Positions 54,724 through 64,000 of a stretch of 64,000 nucleotides of DNA are shown piece after piece. The translations under genes were made by a program, and so were the position numbers. Within the stretch, counting starts at the first letter, position 1. Each line of letters begins with the position of its first letter. Location: the NCBI GenBank assembly GCA_965644295.1, contig CBFFRP010000431.1, positions 124,001 through 188,000 of the forward strand, in the 5' to 3' direction. Source of the DNA: Paraphysomonas bandaiensis (lineage: Eukaryota; Protista; Chrysophyceae). The notes beneath the pieces were generated by a model that saw nothing but the letters and a program-made list of their open reading frames with translations, searched no databases and had not been told where the DNA came from.

Positions 54724-56077
54724 GATGTAATAGCAGTATTATTTAAATAATAAGAAAAAACAGAAGGAGAGAAGACGAGCATAATATTACAGAACAATGA
54801 GAAGGTCAAGTGAAACCAACGCAGCTTTGATCAGGGCAAAGCAAAATTTAGAAAACATAAAATTATATACACTATATATATATTATATATAGTAGTATAT
54901 AGACAGGACTCCATCATCCCTTAAGTAGGTATATAGACCCTTTGTTCTCTGAACAAAATATTCATGTACTTCCTCAAGTTCTCTTCGAATAAAATGTCTT
55001 AAAATCTTTCTGTCTGGGGGTTAATAGTTATTAGTTTCACATATAATTATATCAAATACAATTCACAGATACGACTACAACACGAAGCGACCTCACACAC
55101 ACAAAAAACAACATACTGAAAATGGTTGGTTACGATTCAAACCAAACCGCATCTTGAAATGATCTGCAGTTTGTTTGTACATCATTGCCGAAATAGTTTT
55201 GGACTGCACAAGATACTTCCTTCCCACCATACGCAGTATTACTGGCTCGGAGAGTATCTGAACAAACCTTCCAACATCAGTTAGTATATTCAACTATCGA
55301 AGGTTTGTAGTTACATTGTATAATAGTTTTATAGCTTACTACTCATGTGGAGTCCCCCAATCAGTTGCCCGAGGAAAAAGAGTTGATGAACGAGGTCGTC
55401 GAAAGCACTCCAGATACGGCATTAATATTGCGAGTTTAGACAAAGACGAAGATACTACCGATTCTGATGATTTCAGTTTCACGCCGCCAATGAAGAAACG
55501 GGGATTTCAGTGGCACAATATTGAAAATCGGGAAAAAAGACCTCGAAAGTATAGTACGAGGCCACAGCTGGCACAGCCCTTTACAGATGGAGTCGTCCGG
55601 CAGTGTATTATGCACATCGATTGTGAGCACTCTCCAACGGGAATTTTTACGAGCGAGTTACACATAGTGCCTCGCCGAATGTAAATGTACCCACAGTAAA
55701 GGGTACTTCCCCATTAATTATACATGAAGGGGATAAAAAGCTTTGAGGTGACCTGAAGCCCACTTCGTTTATAACTACTACAGGAGCCATGAGGACTACA
55801 AGAGCATTGCGCCCATAGTCACTCAAATTTCTAATGGAAAGAAGTTTTTAAACAAGAATACTTTTTAAATCGACACTGCCAAGCAGCTCCTGTTCTATCT
55901 GCAGTTAAAGACTGAAAGTATAAATTCTGCGTGAACAGACATACCATGTGAACTGAACAAGACATCTCTCATATAAATGGAATGCTACCAAGAACATTAT
56001 CAGTCTTAACCAGAAGTTAATCATACACTTATTAGTCAAGCATACGTACTTGCACTATACTATCAACCTTATAATCC

Positions 56078-59000
56078 TCATCGCAACAGCGCAACAGATG
56101 GTACCCCGTCAACCCCTTTCCACTCCTCGATATTCCTCATTATTTTTTTAGCATGAATATTTTTCGTCACGCCAATTTCCTTTATATCATCGATAGTTTC
56201 ACATAACGTCATCATTTCGCCATCAACACGATTCTTCTCGAAATCAGATACATACATTGATAAATCGATATATCTTAATAGGGAGCAGACCTCATCGACG
56301 GTTAAAGAAGTCAGTGTTCGAGTGCGCGGCTCTCCACCCACCACAGGAGTACTTAGTGCTGTCGTAGAAGTCAATTCATTAGGCTTCTCATTAACAGTAC
56401 TCTCTATACTGCTGCAATCATCCAGTTTTGCTACATCCGTTTCTATCTGTTGAAGAACCTCCACTACTTTTTTAGAAACAGCTGCCAACACCAAGGATGC
56501 GTCGACTACAATAGACCAAGTCAATATGCAAAGGTGTTGCAGAAGCCTCTTTACGATACCCTTAACAGACAGCTGCTGTACATCAGGTGGGATTTCAATA
56601 CCCTTATCTGCTAGCAGTCGTTTAGCTAAACCCAGCGTTGCATCAGGAATACACTCAGGAAGTGTATCAACAGTTTCTTCCTGAAACAAGTCACCGATAG
56701 TATTCGCCAGCTCGTTCCGCTGGCCAAATAGTATGGGAAGTACAATGCGGATTCTATGGCCAGATGCGTGACTACTATTGTGCGTAATGCACGCCAACAC
56801 AACTATCCATTCAAAAAGCAGATTATCTTCCACTGTGGGGTCATGTGTCTGCATCTTACACAGCGAATCCGAAGAAATTAGTGGCACCACGACATACGAG
56901 TTAATTATTGCGTGAACAAGATTCTTCAGAAAGTTCTCCCCCTCCCGCAGTCTTTGACAATCTAAGAATGTACTGACGGCTCGATGTGACGGAGCTAATG
57001 AATACAACGACATTCTATCAAATAAGCCTTGGGCAAATGTACTATCAAACTTTCCCCAACGATATGATATAAATATATCATATTTTTCTTGTGCCTTGAA
57101 TTGTGACAGCCAGCCACCATATCTAGTTGTAATGTCACTAAAGTCAAGAAGGCGACGTCCTCCCCCACCGCCATGTAACAAATTCAGCGCAGTGTGTTTC
57201 TGTACAGATTGTCTAACCTGCTTCAGGCGTATGAGAAGCACATTGCTGGTCGTGCCTTGGGTTGATGAATCAGAGTCAATGTACGGTAATACGGTCATAA
57301 ACAATAGGCATTTCATACACTCGGCAATTGTTTTTTCAATCTGACTCCTGAGTCGCTCATAGACTGCGACTGGACTCTCTCCCTCCACATCAACTCTCAC
57401 AGCATTTTCCCTGTTCATCAGCACAAGGCGGAAACACTGAGATCCAAAATATAATATGGCTTGATCTCGGCGTAAACCACTCAGATCTATTTCTACAGCT
57501 CCAACAGAGGTCTCCAGTGACCAGGAAACAGCTTTACAGATAAGGCGTTCAAATAAGCCATTCGGTAGAAATCCCATCTGACGACAGTCATCCCAGTTCA
57601 ATGTCGTTTGAGCTTGCAAATCCTTCGACGCAGTGAACACAAAATAAAACGTATGAAGCTTCTTTGCTTTCGTCCAGTTATCATCAGATAAAGGTACAGT
57701 ATCAACTGGAAGAAGCGCAGGAGCGAGATACTTTTTAGTCGATAAAGAGGAAGAATCATTAAGTACTGCACTAAAACTGTCAGCAGCGTCGTCGAAATGC
57801 CCGTCTGCTGAGTCGAGCAGAGGAACTAGTAGACCATACTTAACCATTAGTTGAACCAGCATTGCAGCATGCTGACGAACATCCTGCAAGAGAGCTATCA
57901 GCAGAGTACTCGATATCACACCAGATCGAACCATACGACCCCAGTCACTATTGTGCATTTTCTTTACTCTCTTGTGGACATCCAACGAATGGTATGTACT
58001 ATCAACACTGGTGGGTGCATGCTTGCAAATGACAACAGACGCAGGAGTTACAAAGTACTCAATAGGGTCCAATATAACAATATCTCTAAGACCTTCTTCC
58101 GCATGCCACATCACCATTCCCATTTCGTGCAAAAAATACAAAAACTTTGGCACGAAGGACATCTGTATATCGCAAGATAGACAAATTTTTTCAACCTCAA
58201 CATAATTCAGATATGATGATTTCTTCTCCTTCATTCTATCCAAAGCCTTGAGCCAACTGAGCGGCTGCTCAGCGTGTACATAGCTGGAATCATCTATGAC
58301 TTGTTCCACACATATCAAGAGTTTCTTTAATACCGGATCATCTCTACCAAGAGTGTTGTCGACTGGAAAAAAAAATAGATCTGTACAGCCATTGACTCCC
58401 AGCGCACCAGTGTTTTCAACCACGAATGGCCATGCAATACTACTACTAAACATGTCATAGAGAAGTGTCGATATACCTTCATGCTCGCTCACGTCATTTA
58501 TTTTATCTTTCCTTGTCCCAACAAGAAATATCGGTGCCACTGACCCTCCTTCTCCTTGTGTATGGACCACTATTGAGTTCATCCAAAATGTCATGTAATC
58601 CGTACATTCCTCTTTTTCTTTTTCATCGGCCCCGTTACATAGCCATTCCATATTAAACACAAGCAGATAAACTCCATACTTAGTGAGAAAAAGTGGATGA
58701 ATGACATTGAAAACAGACTGTCCACCAAAATCAAACACAGACATGATAACCTTCGAATCAGCTGTTTGAATACTATCTGCAACACATTTCATTACCAGCT
58801 CACTCTCCGGCACATTAGCAGGTTCTGGTGAGCGCCTTTCTTCCTCATCCTTCACCTCCGTTATATTAGGTTTAATAGCAGGCGTATCCAAACAATTTCG
58901 TTCAGCGGATGCAGCCCGTATGTCGGATACAACAGATTCTGGCAGTTGTTGAAGACATGGATTCTGATCATCTACACGTCCATTTACTTCAACTTCACCT

Positions 59001-60626
59001 GATGTATTCGTAAAATAGTCTTCAAACTGATAATCCGTCCCATCCACACACGCTTTTGCCTCTGAGAATGGAATGTCGATTGCAAATTCCATATCAGGGG
59101 CACTTTCTCGCTGCTGTCGCTCATCCATTACCATCATAGCAAGTGCTGCCTCTAGCTCTCTTTCTGGTTTCTTAAATTCATTCCAAATACCAGCACGCAT
59201 AGATGCATATTTCACATCGCAAGTGAACTGATTGATACCCACTGTAGAGCTAGTATCCTGAAAAGATTTTCCAACAATGCTGTTTGTAAGTGCAGTTTTC
59301 CCTGCCCTACCCTCACCGACGATCATAATTTTACTTCTTCCCCAAGGCTTCTTGCCTAATCCAAAGAATAATTAACAAAATAGATCACATCAACGATAGT
59401 TTACCTTTCTTAAAAGCATTCATAAGGTCAGTCTCAGTCAAATTCAGATCGTTTTGGGAGGAAATTAACTTGTTTACGTCTTGAGCATCATCTGACGACT
59501 TCTCTTCTGCCTCAGGGGACTCACTTTCCGGTTCCGTGTTCATTTTATCTTCAGGTATAGTCTTTTTTCCAGTGACATTGTACTTCTTCACGTCCTCTGG
59601 GGGTTCAAGTTTACTAACATTCACAAATAATTCTGTTCCCAATACATAGAGCCGGGGTGTATTTCTTATTCTTGTAGCGAAGTTATTTAGACCATTCTCA
59701 TCATAGCCGGGTAACTGAAACCCCAGTGTATAGCTACCCGCTTTCTCGCATATATTAATAACTAAACATGTTCCGAACGACGATTGCCGAACGCTTGTAG
59801 TATTCTGTAACAAGTATTATCTAGATACGATTCGGTATCATAAATATAGTACAGCTACGACATGTTGTGTTGACATGCATACACGCAATATAAATCGCAT
59901 ACTTACAATGAGAAAAAGGGGAACAGAAACGTTGTATTGAGGTAAAAGTAAGGCGTGCCATACCACCCTGTAGGTAGTAAAGATAAATACTCCGATACTC
60001 CCAGTACTATTCGACAAATTCGACGCCCCATCAATGCGTTCCAATATAACTTCCTTTTCTAGGAGTACTAGTTGCCGTTCTTTATCCACAAAATTCATAG
60101 AACGCATGATTACTTCTCGGTACAGGTGGGTTTTGTCATATGCTCTATTCATGCATTATGCTTTAGAAGTTAGATTGTCTTGAGATTACACGACTCACCG
60201 CACTGCCCTGATTGCATGATTCAGAGAGTCCGCATTTTCGTATCCATATTCAAATTCATATTTGCTAGTACCTCTATTGGCGCGAATACGAAATCTTTCA
60301 TTGGTCACTTGAACTGATACAATACATCCCAATCCTATACAGCAATTCGTTCGTGCTGAAGCACTACTTATAAAGATATATCGTAAAGATGTTACTTGTA
60401 GTTTTCCAGCACTGTTCCCTGATCTCAGGTCCTTCATACCATCAATAGTACCTGTCAGATGACATGTTATGTGTTACATATACGTATATATCAGATGATT
60501 CGTACTTATAAGAGTCTCTCCTTCACAGAGTGATAATACAGATGAGCTCTCATCAAATAATAACAACTTATCACGCATACTATCCTCATACTTCGATGAT
60601 TCCTCTTTACCGAATAACCCCAACAT
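56078..60626 (-). CDS. BBS5-Roc-COR-TIR-SAM fusion protein (Roco family), 5 exons (60506-60626, 60199-60451, 59907-60144, 59405-59804, 56078-59355)
   Basis: All four GT-AG introns keep frame. BBS5: GKLQVTSLR..IGLGCI, KYEFEY, RAYDKTHLYREVIMRS, QLVLL..E...I.G.SNLS..G.IGVFIFT.YRVVWHA..YNVSVP, RQSSFG.CLVI..GSYTLGF. Roc: KIMIVGEGRAGKT, STVG, VFDFGGQ, VGTRKD. COR: PLSWL, FLHEMG, IVILDP. TIR: YDIFISYRW, TFLD..L..G, NLLFEW. SAM: LTVDEV..LL..IDL..Y...F....VDG. Confidence 0.88.
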
Positions 60627-60722
60627 CTTACAAGAATAAGATGCAGATGGGTGCTAGATAATATGGTTACTAAGAGAGTTATACGTTACTTCGGACAGCT
60701 TGTACTGCTGTGTACATTTAGG

Positions 60723-61150
60723 TATGTATGTATGTATGTATGTATGTATGTATGTATGTATGTATGTATGTATGTATGTATGTATGTATGTATGTATGTA
60801 TGTATGTATGTATGTATGTATGTATGTATGTATGTATGTATGTATGTATGTATGTATGTATGTATGTATGTATGTATGTATGTATGTATGTATGTATGTA
60901 TGTATGTATGTATGTATGTATGTATGTATGTATGTATGTATGTATGTATGTATGTATGTATGTATGTATGTATGTATGTATGTATGTATGTATGTATGTA
61001 TGTATGTATGTATGTATGTATGTATGTATGTATGTATGTATGTATGTATGTATGTATGTATGTATGTATGTATGTATGTATGTATGTATGTATGTATGTA
61101 TGTATGTATGTATGTATGTATGTATGTATGTATGTATGTATGTATGTATG
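60723..61150. repeat. (TATG)n microsatellite, about 430 bp, perfect
   Basis: Uninterrupted tatg array. Confidence 0.98.
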
Positions 61151-61302
61151 CTGCATGTATATGTAATGTTTTATGATGTTCTTTCCATATCTAAAGATGC
61201 ACTGCGCAAGTTACCACTATAAACATGAGGCCTAGGAAAGCCTTACGGCAGGAATATTTACTGAAACAGGGAGATTATGAATATCTGTGATTCAATGGAC
61301 TA

Positions 61303-62183
61303 ATGTACACATTCACTAAAATGGTGTGCGGGAAACCGTTCACAACCCGTGAATTCTATTCGATGTGTGTTTACGGCAACATCAGTGCAGATGTCCCTCA
61401 TATTCAACAAGAATCGAGTTGGGACTGTGGAGTTGCCTGTTTGCAGATGGTTTTAACATGGTCTCGTATATCTGACTGTGATACAGTAAGCAGTTTGTTA
61501 GAACTCAAATCTCATAACGACTGGAGCAAGCCACTGTGGACGATTGATATATTTTGCTTCTTAATGGAGAGTGGAGTGGATGCTACATTTTACACTCGTT
61601 TCCTGGGTACTGGCGCTCATCATCAGTCTATCGATTGGTACACGAAAAATATGGGTGACGACGATGTTCGCGTTCAAGAGTTATTTGATAAGGCGACCTC
61701 AAATTGTTGGCCTATAGAAAAGGTAGGGACTTTAGAATTGATTGTTAGTGTAGATCTGATTGTACACATATATTTTAGAGGCAGCTAGGTGTTGATGAGG
61801 TTGCTCGGAGGTTGGATGGTTCAACTGTCGCTATAGTCCTTGTCGATGCTAACATCTTAAATTCGTCAGCGAGGTATTAGAAAGTGCTTTATGTGTTGGT
61901 GTAACTTATTGTACTTTATTTGCGTGTGGTATAGTATTTCGTCTGAGGGGTATTCCGGACACTATGTGGTTCTCTATGGGTATAACTCTTTCACGGGATT
62001 ATTCACCTGTCTTGACCCTGCGAGGGCTTGCGGTAACTATGCATTCCCGTAACGCATTTCCTTCGCTCATATGTACTAATATCAGGAGTACGGTGGGTGT
62101 CAAGCGCACAGCTAGATGCTGCTCGGTGCCACGTTGGTACGGATGAAGATATTGTCTTTTGCCGCAGGCGTCCACTGTTGTAA
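61303..62183 (+). CDS. GUCD1/plant GC1-like ('guanylyl cyclase domain', papain/C39-like fold) protein, about 4 exons
   Basis: VPHIQQESSWDCGVACLQMVL, LWTIDI, IVLVDA, GYSGHYVVLYGY, LDPA and ARCHVGTDEDIVF match the GUCD1 pattern. Confidence 0.8.
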
Positions 62184-62448
62184 GCAAAGAATGTCTTATA
62201 CGTCAGAAGTCATCTTGTTTTCTCCTTTAGTTTTATAATACGTTCCTTCTATTAGTTTATTTATAAGATGTATATATCCGGCTGTTACATGTAATTTCAC
62301 GGGACCGCTTAGCTCATACGAAACTTATTCATGTGTTGCACATATTTATTGTATTAAATTAACACATAATAAAGGTCAAAAAGTATTGTGGCACTAATGC
62401 GGGTACCAATAATAGATAATATAAGTCTTTATGAACACACTCTCGTTG

Positions 62449-63310
62449 TTAACTCCTATGATTAATAACCTTTTCAACCAAATCTGGTAACAATTCTGCA
62501 GCGGTGCCTCGCAGATGCATATCGACTACGCCCATAGTAACCAGAGGAGTACGCTCGTCTGGATTTACTTCGATTATAGTGGCCCCTCTCTCCTTGGCGT
62601 ATTGCGGCAAAGATGCTGCAGGGTATACCACTGAAGACGTACCCACCACAAGCATTACATCGCCACGAGACAGAGATTTAGCAGCTGTAAGCGATCTAGC
62701 CCATTCATTTTGTGGCAGGGATTCCGTGAAGAGAGTTACATCAGGGCGCGGATATCCACCGCAAGACTCGCACTTAGGAGGATTCTTTCGAACTGATTCG
62801 TGGAGAGGATCAGGAATGTTGATAGAATCGGCACATTTTATACAGCGGAATCGTTTAATAGTACCATGCACTTCATACACGCTGTCAGGATTAGCCCCAC
62901 TAGCTTCATGGAACCCGTCCACATTCATAGTGATAGTCGAATAGTTACCAGTTTTAAACTGTTTCTCTAACCTTGCTAATGCAGTATAACCAACATGAAA
63001 GTTTGCCGATGCGATAGGTTCATAGAATGAACTGAGGAAATATGACCACACAAGTCCAGGAGTTAAGCTCCACCCTGACAAATAAATGATATGTGAAGAC
63101 ATCCATAATAATGCACTCACCAATAGGAGTTCCACCATAAATAATTGCCAAGTTACCAAATATTCCACTCCAGAACCCTCCACTACCTCGAAATGTATCA
63201 ATACCGCTATCCTTAGACATCCCAGCCCCCGTAAAACACACACAACGATTAGCCTCACTAATTTTTTTCGCTGCTAAATTTAACATATCAGTATCAGTAT
63301 TTGTTGACAT
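62449..63310 (-). CDS. Sirtuin NAD+-dependent deacylase (CobB/SIRT5-like), 2 exons
   Basis: FTGAGMSKDSGIDTFRG, TMNVDGFH, EVHG, Zn ligands CIKC and CESC, RPDVTLF.E, VGTSSVVYPAA, IEVNP. Intron 63075-63120 in frame. Confidence 0.92.
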
Positions 63311-64000
63311 TGAAATCAGGGATTGTTTATTGGATATGTATCTTTTACTATCTACAACAAACAGTGTGGTGTATGGGCCCCTTAATCACACCATCACACA
63401 CACACACATCATAGGGCGCATCTTCTGTAGAAGGTTTCGAACATGGTAGGATTTTTCTGGGATATATACTAATATACTGATACACTTTTGTACATGTACA
63501 GCAGTATACAGTACTACGAATGACTAGCAGAGTGTTCCAGTATTGGTCTAGAAAATGCGACATTTTTAGAAAGCCAGAAAAACTTACGCATGACGAAGAG
63601 GTCACTGTAGATTACAGCCAACTGAAGCCACGACAAAGAGGACATTCCACCCCCACTTAGTTAATAGACACCAACAGTGAACCAGATGATAACAGTTGTA
63701 TTCTTCATTGCATAGAATCGTTTTAATTCTTGTTTTGGTTTCGCTTCATGCGCATTCTCTCTCATTTAGTGACAGCTGTGCACCGTATAGCTGACTGAGA
63801 GATTTCTACAGGAGCAACCATGAACTACATACAAGTCTTAATTTGAGGACACTGACAATACATTAATATGACAGTGATAGTACTGCAACTGAGACAGAAA
63901 CAAATGCAGTGCGACTTCCTTTTTATTGTCTTCATGCGGACGATGTAGTCTTCGAGCAAATAGTGTAAATTTGTATACCCAGAAACACGATAAGAACGAG

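Noticed and set aside
55093-55684. Short ORFs (66 aa minus, 122 aa plus)
   Set aside because: No clear start, domain or splice structure. Possibly TE debris, but unsupported.
60651-61222. MYVC/YIHT repeat ORFs
   Set aside because: Translations of the second (TATG)n array.
56078-63310. TIR + Sir2 as a Thoeris-like defence operon
   Set aside because: The sirtuin is a Zn-binding deacylase type, not a ThsA SIR2-SLOG/Macro effector. The genes are separately spliced, with an unrelated gene between them.

Overview
Eukaryotic, intron-rich, AT-rich (roughly 40% GC by eye) genomic DNA with short GT-AG introns. The gene set (STIL-like, BBS5 domain, KBP, REJ/PT-repeat surface protein, hybrid histidine kinase, Roco-TIR) suggests a flagellated protist, most plausibly a stramenopile such as a chrysophyte; this is an inference. 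About 15 protein-coding genes can be reconstructed, and 12 of them sit in six head-to-head pairs. Routine genes include KIF-binding protein, an RluA pseudouridine synthase, dymeclin, a DNAJC1-like protein, a GUCD1-like protein, a sirtuin, an MFS transporter and a hybrid histidine kinase. The stand-out is a spliced five-exon gene (56078-60626, minus) fusing a divergent full-length BBS5 module to Roc GTPase-COR-TIR-SAM. Its TIR is SARM1-like and keeps the catalytic Glu, so it is a candidate NAD-cleaving immune or cell-death receptor with a BBSome subunit as sensor or decoy. A second unusual fusion is U-box-dynamin GTPase-10-residue repeats-ARM (36046-40696). Other points: a candidate gustatory-receptor-like 7TM channel, a C2-TerD-TerD protein, a recurrent TACAGCAG upstream motif, two ~430-450 bp (TATG)n arrays in divergent promoters, a three-copy interspersed repeat, a Gypsy RT relic, and an EF-hand pseudogene split by a LINE-like insertion. 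All domain calls come from reading motifs by eye, not from database searches.
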